Source of the DNA: Somniosus microcephalus
Lineage: Eukaryota
DNA: 64,000 bases
NCBI GenBank assembly: GCA_052327205.1
Contig: CM126204.1
Location: forward strand, 323,206,001-323,270,000
Reading direction: 5' to 3'
Shown: in pieces, positions 23,571 through 36,619 of the stretch
Position numbering within the stretch: position 1 is the first letter of the stretch
Layout of the letters: each line of letters starts with the position of its first letter
Notes under the pieces: model-generated
The model's database searches: none
Told to the model about the DNA's origin: nothing
The model's input: the letters and a program-made list of their open reading frames with translations, nothing else
Program-made: the position numbers and the translations under genes

Positions 23571-24228
23571 CTGGCCTCCCATGAGGTCAGAATCATGAAA
23601 CATTACATCAAGGCCTCCACTGAATAGCAGCCAAACCTTCTTCACCCACCACCTCTGCTTCTTCCACACCTGATGAATGTCTCACCCTGTGTTCCCTCCT
23701 GTAAATCGCTGAAACCATCTGACCTATTCACATCTGAGACAGTGCCTGCTTCATATTATGCTGGTGATAGAGTGCAATGCTGAAACACCGCTGCTGGAAT
23801 TCAGGTAGCTCTATAGAAAGAGGAGATGGCATATGATGCTTACATGCACATACTAATGCGTGTTGTGCTGCACAAACCCGACATACTATTTTTTGCAATG
23901 CAGCACAATCCTTCTTTACATCTCCTGAAAATCATACTCAGTGGCACAGTTAAAGAAGATGTATAAAAATAATTTTAAATTTGCCTTTTCGGTGCATCTT
24001 CTGCTATACTGCCTGCCTGCCCAGTTATCTGTCAAAATTGCAATCGGGATCCTATGTACGTCATAGGACCGCGATTTTCATATTAAAAGGACCTACAGGA
24101 GGGAGCACAGGGTGAGACATTCATCACAGGTGTGGAAGAAGCAGAGGTGGTGGGTGCAGAAGGTTTGGCTGCTATTCAGTGAAGGCCTCGATGTAATGTT
24201 TCATGATTCTGACCTGATGGGAGGCCAG
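23571..24228. repeat. Local inverted repeat: 23571-23703 vs 24094-24228
   Basis: ~134-bp arms, reverse-complementary with few mismatches and one 2-bp indel, and a 390-bp spacer. Confidence 0.9.
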
Positions 24229-25213
24229 TGCTTAGGCTGGCCAGCAGAAGGCCCCTTTGGGAATGGCGGTGGCTGGAGTGCTGGCGTAAATGCCATTGGC
24301 AGGCCGCTACAGCCCCCGTTTACGCGTGCGACCCGCGTTAAAATCGACCCCATTGTCTCCTGTTGAAAGCCGTTTCCCTCTGCAGGGAGAACAAAAACAG
24401 GCATTGAATGAGTGGGTATTATGCAGTGTATTTTTGACTACAACATGTCTTTAACCTTATGCATAGCTTCACTAAATGTGGCAGCTTGAACCTCTAATAC
24501 TAACTGAGTCAACTACTATTGTCAATGTTAGGACTACATAATGACGAGCAGTCATCAAGCTGGAGTAGATAGCTCCAGATGAAGAACTAGCACTAGGACA
24601 CATGGACTGAATAGCTTCCTTCTATGCTATGATTGCTATCATTCTATACTCTATTGATCAGGGAATGGCACAGGTATACTTGAAGAGAGTGGAGTAAGGA
24701 CAATCGGGTGAGGCCTATCCTGTGGATTTGCTTGTCACAGTTAGATGAAGCCTTCTACTTGGAGTTATTTTTTTTTATCCTCCTTTGAACTGGCTGAGGT
24801 TTGTCAGGTCAGCTGTAACTTCCAACCGTGTGTAGGCCAGATCTGATCAATTTATAGATCAACTAGTCAGAACTGGTCTTTTTATTCCTAATGGCTAGAA
24901 TTTTTAGTTGGGTAGTTTGTGTTTGGATCTTGGATGAAATCTCATTTAAAGAAGATTAAAGAAATCCTCCCAATGTATCGTGTTGGATTCCAACTCCTCC
25001 AAAGGTGTTTATTCTGTTGCACTTTAGATTTGCCGTTTTCCCCTTTTTTTCTTCTCACGAACAAGTTTTCTTACCCGATGGTAATGTACCTCAATCAGAC
25101 ACAAACGTGTTATTTATTTGAATCTTCTCAAAAAATCAAATGTTTTGTTCTCTTAAAGGGAAAAGAGGGAGAAACTGGCCTGATCTTGCGCCCGCCTTAT
25201 TTGAGCTGAACCT

Positions 25214-26140
25214 CAAAATCAAATCAAATCAAATCAACTTTTATTGTCATTGTTAGTGCACAAGTGCAGTACAACGAAATGTAGGCTTGCGGCTCCCGAG
25301 AGTGTACAATTTGGATTAGGACACTTAAACATTTCAACATACATTTGTACATATATATTAGCATAAATATGACCATAATAAAGTGCATCGGCAGATGTGC
25401 AGGCTTTAGAGTTTATTTGTGGAGTTCAGTAGGATGACAGCCCTGGGAAAGAAGCTGTTCCTAAATCTGGTCGTACGGGTGCGAATGCATCTGTAGCATC
25501 TTCCAGATGGTAGGAGGGCGAACAGACTGTGGCTGGGGTGGGTAGGGTCTTTGATGATGGACCGTGCCCTCCGTAGGCAGCGTTTCTGATATATATGTTC
25601 TATGGTCGGTAGCCGGGTGCCGGTAATGCGTTGGGCAGTTTTGACTACCCGCTGCAGGGCTTTCCGGTCATGGGAGCTACAGCTGCCGTACCATACCGTG
25701 ATACAGTTTGTCAGGATGCTCTCTATAGTGCAGCGGTAGAAGTTAGAGAGGATCAGGGGTGACAGATTACATCCCTTCAGCCTCCTTAAGAAATATAGGC
25801 GCTGCTGGGCCTTCTTCACCAGAGAGGAGGTGTTGAGGGACCAGGAGAGGTCTTCCGTGATGTGGACTCCGAGGAACTTAAAGCTGGCCACCCTTTCCAC
25901 CTCCGCCCCATTGATGTGGATGGGGGTGTGACTTCCGCCTTTGGACTTCCTGAAGTCCACGATTATTTCCTTTGTTTTCTTGGTGTTAAGGGCCAGGTTG
26001 TTGTCGGCGCACCACTTCACGAGATGCTGGACCTCCTCCCTGTAGGCTGACTCATCGTTGTTGGTGATCTGGCCTACTACCGTGGTGTCATCTGCAAACT
26101 TGATGATGGTGTTGGAACCATTAACAGCCACACAGTCCAG
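25214..26140 (-). mobile_element. Rex1/Babar-like LINE, 5'-truncated, intact C-terminal ORF (25406-26131)
   Basis: IIKFADDTTVVGQITNNDESAYREEVQHLVKWCADNNLALNTKKTKEIIVDFRK...FKFLGVHITEDLSW...YRCTIESILTNCITVWYG, then AATAAA and a (TTTGA)n tail. Confidence 0.9.
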
Positions 26141-29100
26141 TTACAGGGCAACAGTGATGGCTGTTGTGGGGATATAATTTTGCCATACCAGCTCGAGGGC
26201 TGCAAAACCAGGGGGGAAATGTGATTAAAATAAGGAGGAAAGCAGCCACTTTTTAATTTGAGAAAAACGGTGTTTGTTTTTACATTTAACGTCGAGGAAT
26301 CTTGGACAATTTGAGTTATGTCGCGATGATTATGACCTCACATACATATACTTTGCGATTGAACTTTGGTTTTTAAAAATAAAAATATAGATGAAAGTGA
26401 AGTGACTGGAGGTAGAGGGCAATTTCCCCCCCCCCCCCCCCAAAAAAAAGGGGTTTTGAAACAACATTACAAGACACTTGGGGGCTAGAAGGCAGATTAA
26501 TTTGTGGTTTTGTCTCTACAAAAATCACAGGGTTTGATGCTGGCATAAACATAAGCAATGATCCCTTTTTCCCTTTGGTAAAATGGGTACATAACCACTC
26601 GTGGAGTCAATATTTATACAGTATTTAAAATTCATTGGAGCACCTGTGCTGCAGATCCAGTAAGTGCTTCCATCTGGGTCTGTGTGTGTAGTTAGAACCT
26701 TATCAACTCTTTATCCTGAGAAATTATGACGCACAGATACGTAGTGAAACTAATTTATCATATGTGAACATTACACTATGGAAACATAACAGAAGGACTA
26801 GACTTAAGCAAGTGTATTACATGGATAATGTATTTGACATATTAATAGACTGCTGCATAGCTCAATATCACAGATGTGGGATGCCGATAAAGTGTGACAG
26901 ATTGCTTATTGATGAAATACATATGTTTTGAATCATCAGCTTAGGCTTCCCATACAGAATAAGGTTGTTCATTACATAGTTTAGTGTAGTGGGACTTAAA
27001 TCTTTGCATGCTGTGATAAAAGAAACTGTCTGTGTTCTGGGATCTTAGCAGGGGGACCTCAGGAGGACCGAAAGGACTTCAGGATGTTAAAGAGGGAGGA
27101 TTTTGGTCATGATAAACTGGTCAGGTTAACCAGGTTGATCATGATACAGCTGGTGATATGGGGAAGGCATTACGTCAAAAGTCACATCTGCTGCAATGAA
27201 TTAATTTTTTTCTTCATTTTAATGAAAGGCGTTCGTTTTTTTTTAAAAAGGAAAGTGTACAATTTCTCAAACTAACTGTGGAAATTCATGCTGATATAGT
27301 AACTGCAATGAAACAGCATGAAATGAGCTTGCCCCAAGTCTGATCGTTACTGAAGTGACAGTGTCTCTTTTTAGCGTGTTGGGAGGAATGTGAGAGTGGT
27401 GGGAGTCATTGATTAGATTCTGTTACTGGAATAGACTGGAACAAGTCCAGGTGAAACTCCACCCTGAAGGGCACTGTCAGCGCATTTTGTGATCCAAAAG
27501 ACATGGAGTTGGAACCTTTAATGGTGTTTTTTTTTCTTCTAAATGTAATTGAATTTGAAGAATTGTTTTAATGGGTGTTCTGGCTGCATATAGTTGACAC
27601 TGCTGTGTACCAACACATTTTCATGCATTTGCAAAAGGACTTTTTCTCTTGAAATAAGCAAGTTTTGTCATTAGAAGGACTCATCATTGCAAAGAATTAT
27701 GAGTAAATTGAACACCATTTTGTTTATTTTCTTTCTGTTTGCTTCTGTTTTTGGATATTTTTTTAAACTCCTCAGGCCTCAGTAATTATAAATTTTGATA
27801 GAATCCTGTAACCTTTAGTTGAAAGTCAATGAGTTCTGTAATAATACAGCATGAATAAAATTTATGCTTCACATGTGTCATTTTGAAGAATCTTCAGTGT
27901 CAAATGTTCAAGTGATTCTCGTGCCTTCATTTTAGTAATAAATGGGAGCTGAGGTGACACATTATTTGGCTCTTTTCCATTATAAATGGCACAAATTATA
28001 GAAATCCAGTTATTGAGGATCTCATCTTTCTGGTAGGTTTCTAAAAGTTTGCAACACTAGCTACATTTCGGAGCTTTTCATTGTATGTGAAAGGCTTTGG
28101 GTTGTTTTTGACATGATAAGGAATATCTAAATTCATGTCCTCTCAAATCAGTCATAGCTTCAAACTTCACTTTCCTGCTCATATGAACATTGATGATGTC
28201 AAAAATTAAGTCCGTGGAGGCCAAATAACATGACTGTTGCCTGCTCTCCCATTGTGTTGGGAAAACAATTACACCCACGTATGGTGATGACTGAGATTGC
28301 TTTGGGTGGCCACATTTGGCAGTGGTTGTTATTTTGGCACCTGCTTTCACCTTCTTGCCCCAAAGAAACACTAAATATACATTGCCAGAAGGCACCTACT
28401 GCCAATCCTACCCCTTCAGATTTTACTATAAATTTGGTATAGGAAAGATCTCACCAAATAGTACTAGAGTAGGGATTCTGGGTGCTTACCAGCTCCGGTA
28501 TTTCATAATCTGTATACTTGTGGGCACATTAGGACCACTTAGGTTAAATATTAAAGGAAGATAGTATTACGAGGAGAACTGACTTGGCATTCTGGCAGTG
28601 TGAGAGAGCTGAATTTGTACGTATTGTGAACAACATTGAATATACTTCTATTGGTCGTCGTCGTACGTGTCTTCACACTGTTCCCTTTGGGGAACTGTAT
28701 GAAGTGGTGGAAGGATTTCTGGCCGCGATTAATGCTCCTTCCGTGACGGTAACCATCTTTGTACCAGCCATTAGGGTGGTTAGTCCTATGGCGGGAGGGT
28801 TTTACGGGCTCCCACAACCCATATGAGGGGGAGGGCCACCCACGGACGCAAGTATCCCGCTGGATGTCAACCCAGAATTTAGAGCTGGCGTCTCTCACTG
28901 TTGGACTCAGTAACTATTCCCAAGTCCTTGTGTGTCACACACTAGCATGTTATGACTCTCACTTATATCCAGTGGGAACTGATCTCATATGAAACTGGTG
29001 GTAGTTGTCACCTGTATTTCTAATCTTAGAAGAATTCTCTTGATAAATCTTACACAGCAGGATAGTAAATGCTAAAGCTTGTCGGCTGTTCAAGTCTAAA

Positions 29101-31304
29101 TTGTGTTGGTTGGTGTATATAATGTTCAGCATTGGGAAAACTAAAACATTCCTCGATAAGTCTTATTTAGGAGCCCAACCATGCTAAAGTCCAAATGGTG
29201 GTAATTGACAGTTATACTCCTTAACGTATTCACCATAAGCCCTAGTGAATAGTTTCACCTGCAAAAAATCAACTCTTCGGAAAATATCTCTGATAACTTT
29301 AAAAGCTGCCACACCTTGTGAAGATACAGTATATCTGTGCCCAGAACATATGTCTAATTCTAATCAGTGATGAACAGTAAGATACAGATCACGGCCATGA
29401 TTCGCCACAGTGACATGTCCTATGAGATTTTGCAATGCGTAAACAACTCTGTGCAGTTTGATCTTTATTTCCACCACTGAGGTGCCTGAAGAACTCACCA
29501 GAAGAGAGTTGTGAGTGAGTAATGACTAGCCCCAGGAGTGGGGAGAAAAGATATTTTGTACAGTCGGGTTTTAGCAGTTGTGCTATGTATTTTAAAAAAT
29601 ATGCTTGATTTAAGAAACACAATAAACAATTTCAGCTTGGATATGAATAGTAAACCAGTGTGATGATTTCACTGCTTTATTGTGACCACATGAGTATTTA
29701 AAGGTGAATTTTATTTTGTGGGTTTCTTGGACCATAATAACTGTTATATTATAATATTGAAATGGCAGTGTACCTCGTTCTAACATTTAGAAAGTACAGT
29801 GGATAGGGCGGCCAGAATTCTGCATACAGTAACTTTGGGAACTGTGCAATGATTTTATTTTAGACATTCTGAGTTGCAGAAAATGAAGGAATTGTTTGGA
29901 ATCCATGATTTCTGCCTCTGTCTTCATCTCTTCTCTATTTGGAGCCTATGAACATCAGGTGGAGAAAGAAAATTTTAAGAATTCAGAGTTTTTTTCTAAA
30001 TTCTCAATCACATAGGCACCGTTGATAAGGAATCAACATGCTCCAGGGTGGGGGAGTGGTGGGGTGTGAATCCTTCCAACAATTGTTACTTCAAACACTT
30101 GCCATACTTTTTGCAGGTTGAAATGGGGTGGGGGGGGGGGCGGCGGTGGCAAGGAGCATACATGGGGCTCCTCACAGGAGCTTTGTAAATATATTTACTT
30201 TTTAAATTGTACTTTATAATCAAAATAGTTACATGGGGGGATCTGTAATTACTCCCCCACAGAGTTACTGTCTCCCTTTTGCTTGAAAGCCACGTGTATC
30301 AGATTGCCAGTTTGCATACATGCCACCTATTGGATCTGTACAGTTAGTACCGTTAGTGGGGACAGCATTGCTGGAAACAGTCATCACATTGATCAGGTGT
30401 TCTGTCTCTATTAAGCAAAACCTACCAGCATTGAATCAATTGGTGCCTGAAAAGTGGAAGAATGCCCCAATTAACTGGCATTGATGATATTTTGAGCACA
30501 GGGGTTCCCAAGTGCAGGACTGTGAGACTATTCCAGTCTTGATCGAAAGCATCTTCCCGCCAGTGCTAGTTCCCAGCTTTACGATAGTTTTCCTGGTGTC
30601 TAACCTCTACCGATCTGTAATAAAGATAATTGCACTGAAAGCAGCGGGAACATTAACTTCTGCTATCAAAGGTTTTCATGATTTCCTCGGGGTCTCAGGC
30701 TGAGATATATAAGAATCTCATGGACATTTAAAATCTCCCTCAGTGGTGTGCATATTGAGAGCAGATCCCAACTCCGTACTTTGCTCACCAAAATACCGCA
30801 TACATTTGCAGTTTCCTGCGTACAAAGTCGTTCCATTCCCTGTGCCCATAAATCGCATGGTAAAATGCCCCTTTCTCTTACGCTCAGTTGAAACATTTTT
30901 TTCCTTTTCCTATGGAAATCATTTTTGACTTGGAGCTGTCAAGTCAATCTATTAGCAAGTCGTTTGCAGTGCCAACTCACTACACTGCATCTACACCTGT
31001 TAGATGTAAATATATATACTTTTTATGTATAAAGAAAAGCCTGTCAGGTTTCAGGTGTCAGGCATTGCCTGCGATCTATACGGGCTCATATAGTAGCACT
31101 CTTGTTTGGGCTGATCTGAGCTGCCTCACTCCTCAAGGGGAAACTCATGTCACTTTATGTTAGCCCATACAGCCACTGGCTGTTAGCTCAAACTGCACTT
31201 AGCAGGAGCAGACTGAAAGAGATCGAAACTCTTGAGGGCCGGACCGTTCATAAGTGTGGTGCCTGAGAGGTGGAGGCAGAGGGAGGGGGGGGTAAAAGTG
31301 TTGG

Positions 31305-31990
31305 CAGCGTGTGCCCAAATGAGCAGAAATTACTGAAATGATAATAAATGTAGATGGTCTGGACAAAATGAAATGATCCATCTCGGTGCATAAGCAGCAC
31401 TTGAGCCGCATTCAATCAGCCTGTCATACTTATTGCCTGGCATTTTTGTGAAGAATCTGTCCACTAAAATTTTTTGTCATTCCTATTTCCTTGTTATCAG
31501 TCCGCTCCTCAATGGCGACCGGAGATTAACAACAATTCATAGAGCACATCCATTTCTGATAAACCTTATCCATTACTTCACGATCCGCGGGTCCATCCCA
31601 TTTCACCTCAACCATTTATCATCTTTAACGCTGACAGCTAAACAGAGTGCTTTAAAATTTATCTCGGTGTGTCGACAGGGCGGATCTATTCGTCAACCTG
31701 TAGAGGTGCAGCTTAGCCTCTTCCTCTTCTTATCAGGATTCCACAGTAAAAGATTTGGCACAGATGCCCGATTAATCATTGGCCGCATCAATTTGCTTGA
31801 TTTACTCTCTTGTGGGAAAAGGGTGTAAACACAGCGTACTGAGGCAGCGCGAAACATAATGTGTCTGTCTATAGGAAAAACATTAGCAGATCATCCTGTC
31901 TTGTGATTGATGGAGAAGTGAAAGGCACGACTCTTGCGGGCTTGAATCTTATAAAGGACAATAAAAAGGTGAAGCTGTTTTTAAAAATAA
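31305..31990. promoter_or_regulatory. Candidate conserved non-coding element / developmental enhancer
   Basis: Repeat-free, non-coding, CpG retained, with TGACAG/CTGTCA, GATTAATC and ATCAAT motifs, in the long RNF220 intron. Conservation is inferred and has not been aligned. Confidence 0.45.
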
Positions 31991-33915
31991 TCATACCAAC
32001 CGTTTAAGGTGCGTCACCTCAACGTGAACTCTGATGTTTTAATTTGCGTTTATATAAATATAAAATAGTTGTTTAACAAAAAAAATGTTTTTGCCCAAGC
32101 AGAAAACACAATGCTCATTGTCCTTGTCTCTAACTGAAAGATTCATGCTGTTAATTTTTTCTCAGCATATTAATGCAAAAAGCCTTCAAGCTTTAGCAGC
32201 ATTCAGCAACAATAGGGTTAAGCAGAAAATAACATATACAGTTTCAATGGTGGGTCAATACTGAGTCTTCCTGACTTGAACAAAGGTTTCATCACGATTT
32301 AATTTTTTTCGCACTTTGTCTGTGTGTGTCTCTCTCACTCTGCCTTTCCCCCGCACTCAATGTCCTGTTAACTGAAGTTTTTCAGCTAAAACTAAAATGT
32401 AAAAAAAAAAGAAATGTATCCCAGTATAAATCTGTCATCGATCAGGGCAGTGACAGATGGCTTGCTGGATTGTGTTTCATTATAAAACATTGCAGGAGTC
32501 ACTCAGATTCATACTGACACGCATGCTGAAAAATTCTGAAAAAATTGGCAGCCAACCTGTTAGGGAGGAGACCAGATTAGAAATTAGAGCAGAACATGCA
32601 CAGTTGTTTAATGCTTGAATAAATGTCATTCATAATCAACTATTTGTACATAATGGGATTAAATTCTTATCTTTAGCACATCATTTCTTTTCTTTTCTAC
32701 CAGTCTACCTGGTGATTCTGATTTTACATGTTGGCGTGGTATTATCCATGCTTCGGTATAACATTGGCTATTGTACATTTATTTAGTTAGTTAGTGACAC
32801 CATTTCTAAAACATTTATATTTTCATTTTAGATAGTTTGTTCTAGTACCAGGATTTAGCTAGATTGTTTCCTCAAGAGTGACATAGCACTTCTCTCTTCA
32901 TCTGGATGAAATTGTCCTCTGTGATTGAGCACTGGGCTACAGGAGGACATTGAGACGGAAGGAGCAACTGGTTTTAGCTGAGCACTCAGGCCAATCCAAG
33001 CAGTCAGTGCGAGTTGGGGCTGGGGGAATGACAAGTATAACAGTATTGTGGCCAGATCACCCTCCCATCCCAATATAAGCCGAATTACAATGAATGAGTG
33101 GTGCCTTCATGTTCCTGCACCAAGGCTGCTGTGATGTTGCTAGTTTTCCCTCGTAAAAGTGAAGTTTGGCCAAAGGAGGGGATTAATGATTACCCCCAAC
33201 ATTTGTAACTCCCTCCCGGATCTTTACTGTATGCCTTCTTCCACTGCAATACCGCATATATGACTAGTTTTCCTGAGTGCAGTAGGAGTGGGCACGGAGT
33301 GTCTCAGGACAAACCAATCTTGCAGTGGGGGCTTTAGAAAAAGGCTTTAGGCCCCTCATTTGCATATGCAAAGGGTCTGATGCCTGTTTCAGGCGTGGGC
33401 ACTGCACGCTATCTTTTTGGTCTTTACCAATATGGCCGGTGGCACGCTTCCTGCCCGCCATATTAGAGGCTTAGGAGATGGCTCAGTGCCCAAAAAATGG
33501 GCGCTGCACAGCCGAATTTGTAGGTCAGAGAGTTTTGGCATGCTACTTAACCAAGAGGGAAACATCACAATCTCGCCCCACATTTTGCAGCAGGGATTGC
33601 TATTTTTTTAAAAATTCCCCCGCCCTTACCACAGGAGCACTGACACCAATTGTAGTTCACCTAACGCTTCCAAGATCAGATCAACTTTGATCCCACATTT
33701 GAAGGAGAAAGCATTCTGAGTTCCCCAACACTGGCAGTAAGACAATTCTAAAGTTTTTGGTGTAGCCGCAAGCTGACTGTTTTAAAGCCGTTACAACCAT
33801 TGCAGAAAAAAGACAAAGTAAGGATCAATGTCATGGAGAAACACAATAGGACAAGACTCCTGTAATGCCTTACATTATCTCATGGACCTGTTTATTTAGT
33901 GTCATCAACATTGTG

Positions 33916-34912
33916 GCCTGGAGTTTCCGCTTGGTTGCGCTGTTTTTTTCTCCGCGCAATTCGCCCAAAATCGGCCAAACCAGCGCAAAAGATTCACAGA
34001 AACCCCACAGTGCAGATAGAGGCCATTTCGGCCCACGGAGCCTGCACCGACACATATCCCACCCGATCCCTGTAACCCCTACACCAACACATATCCCACC
34101 CTATCCCCACGTATTTAATCCCCCTAACACTAAGGGTCAATTTATCATAGCCAATCAACCTAACCCGCACATCTTTGGACCGTGGGAGGAAACCGGAGCA
34201 CCCGGAGGAAACCCACAGCAAACACGGGGAGAATGTGCAAACTCCACACAGACAGTCGCCCGAGGGTGGATTCGAACCCGGGTCCCTGGCGCTGTGAGGC
34301 AACAGTGCTAACCACTGTGCCACCGTGCTGAGATCTGAGTTTCAAGCGCAAATGATGTCCAATGCAAATCAAGCTTCTGCGCTCTTTCCCACTAGTTTAA
34401 AAAATATTGTGCTAGAGCTGGCCCTGCCCCCAAAATTGGCCACACCCCTAGATAGAATGAATCACCATTGCAAGTGCCCGCTATCTGCAACTGTTTGCGG
34501 GCCTTTGAGGCGGTTCTTAAAATTAAGCTGGTTCTTTTGGACGCAAGGACCCTAATAGGCATGTTTTCAACATTTTTGAATATATATTTTTTTAATTTAC
34601 TAAGGAACTGACTACTGTACACCAATATAACCAGCCAGTGGTTCTGTATAGTTTATTAAAGCTATTTTTAGTTATTTAAAATTGGGTTACTAGACACTGA
34701 TTAAAAATGCTTATTTTTTGTGATAAACCCATTTTCAGCTGTATTAATCAAACGGCTTCAAGTTACCACTCTTAAATATATCAAGGAATACTTTTTAAGG
34801 CAAACATTTAATTTTTTTAAAAACAACGTTCTAAAGCACTGCTCGATTGCACTGCTTTATGGCAGGTTTTACGTTCAGTGATATGCAAATGAGTTTGAGC
34901 GGAAACTTGCGG
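33916..34912. mobile_element. MITE-like element hosting a V-SINE
   Basis: Inverted ends AGTTTCCGCT / AGCGGAAACT, AT-rich core. The boundaries are approximate. Confidence 0.5.
33991..34327 (-). mobile_element. V-SINE (HE1-like), near full length
   Basis: tRNA head with A box TGGCACAGTGG and B box GGTTCGAATCC, V domain, and tail GGGCCGAAATGGCCTCTATCTGCACTGTGGGGTTTCTGTGAATC. Confidence 0.9.
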
Positions 34913-35249
34913 GGAAAAAAACACATCTCAAAATTAGCGTAGTTTTGAGCACAGTTCGCACCCGGATTGCCATTTGCGCCCAAAGCGGATACTCTACCCC
35001 TTTATATTGTCTACTAGCTGGAGTGCCCGGCGGTGCCGAGGGTTTTTTGAGGGCATGTTGTTGTTGGAAGATAGAGAGAGAGACTGGGGGGAGGAGAGAC
35101 TGGGGGGAGAACAGAGAGATGGGGGGGGGGGGAGAGAGAGAGAGACTGCTGGATTTAGTTTGGGATTAGCCTGGAGAGAGAGGGGGGGAAGGAGTGCCTC
35201 AGGCCTGGCCTGATTGACCCCTGCGAAGGAAGGAAGGAAGGAAGAAGGC

Positions 35250-36615
35250 GAGCTCTCCCTCCCTCTCCCACCCCCTCACTCTTTCCCTCCCTCACCCTCT
35301 CTCTCCCTCCCCCTGTCTCTCCCTGCTTTACGCTCCCTCCCTCCCTCCCCTCTCCCTCCCTCCCCCTCTCCTCACCCTCCCTCCCCNNNNNNNNNNNNNN
35401 NNNNNNNNNNNNNNNNNNNNNNNNNNNNNNNNNNNNNNNNNNNNNNNNNNNNNNNNNNNNNNNNNNNNNNNNNNNNNNNNNNNNNNNNNNNNNNNNNNNN
35501 NNNNNNNNNNNNNNNNNNNNNNNNNNNNNNNNNNNNNNNNNNNNNNNNNNNNNNNNNNNNNNNNNNNNNNNNNNNNNNNNNNNNNNNNNNNNNNNNNNNN
35601 NNNNNNNNNNNNNNNNNNNNNNNNNNNNNNNNNNNNNNNNNNNNNNNNNNNNNNNNNNNNNNNNNNNNNNNNNNNNNNNNNNNNNNNNNNNNNNNNNNNN
35701 NNNNNNNNNNNNNNNNNNNNNNNNNNNNNNNNNNNNNNNNNCCTCCCCCTCTCCTCTCCTCTCCTCTCCCTCTCCTCTCCCTCCCCCTCTCCTNNNNNNN
35801 NNNNNNNNNNNNNNNNNNNNNNNNNNNNNNNNNNNNNNNNNNNNNNNNNNNNNNNNNNNNNNNNNNNNNNNNNNNNNNNNNNNNNNNNNNNNNNNNNNNN
35901 NNNNNNNNNNNNNNNNNNNNNNNNCCTCCCCCTCTCTTCTCCCTCCCTCCCCCTCCTCTCCCTCCCTCCCCCCTCCTCTCCCTCCCTCCCCCTCCTCTCC
36001 CTCCCCGCTCTCTCTCCCCCNNNNNNNNNNNNNNNNNNNNNNNNNNNNNNNNNNNNNNNNNNNNNNNNNNNNNNNNNNNNNNNNNNNNNNNNNNNNNNNN
36101 NNNNNNNNNNNNNNNNNNNNNNNNNNNNNNNNNNNNNNNNNNNNNNNNNNNNNNNNNNNNNNNNNNNNNNNNNNNNNNNNNNNNNNNNNNNNNNNNNNNN
36201 NNNNNNNNNNNNNNNNNNNNNNNNNNNNCCCCCTCTCTTCTCCCTCCCTCCCCCTCCTCTCCCTCCCTCCCCCCTCCTCTCCCTCCCTCCCCCTCCTCTC
36301 CCTCCCCGCTCTCTCTCCCCCTGCTTTACTCTCTCTCCCTCCCTCCNNNNNNNNNNNNNNNNNNNNNNNNNNNNNNNNNNNNNNNNNNNNNNNNNNNNNN
36401 NNNNNNNNNNNNNNNNNNNNNNNNNNNNNNNNNNNNNNNNNNNNNNNNNNNNNNNNNNNNNNNNNNNNNNNNNNNNNNNNNNNNNNNNNNNNNNNNNNNN
36501 TCCCTCCCCCCTCTCCCTCCCCCCTCTCCTCTCCCTCCCCCTCTCCTCTCCCTCCCCCTGTCTCTCCCTGATTTCGTCTCTCTCCCTCCCTCCCTCCCTC
36601 CCCCTCTCTCCCTTT
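35250..36615. repeat. CT-rich low-complexity tract with four N gaps
   Basis: (CCCT/CTCC)n runs interleaved with N blocks between 35387 and 36500. Confidence 0.95.
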
Positions 36616-36619
36616 CCTC

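Larger units (their letters stand above)
22150..24351. mobile_element. Second, heavily decayed Harbinger-related region (transposase remnants on +, Myb-like remnants on -)
   Basis: LALYFYTRGFQ resembles the ALNFYASGSFQ motif, and the right end TAAAATCGACCCC is TIR-like. The boundaries are uncertain. Confidence 0.4.

Noticed and set aside
34255-34327. tRNA gene
   Set aside because: The A/B boxes are the head of a V-SINE. The same applies to the SINE heads at ~20120-20182 and ~63755-63818.
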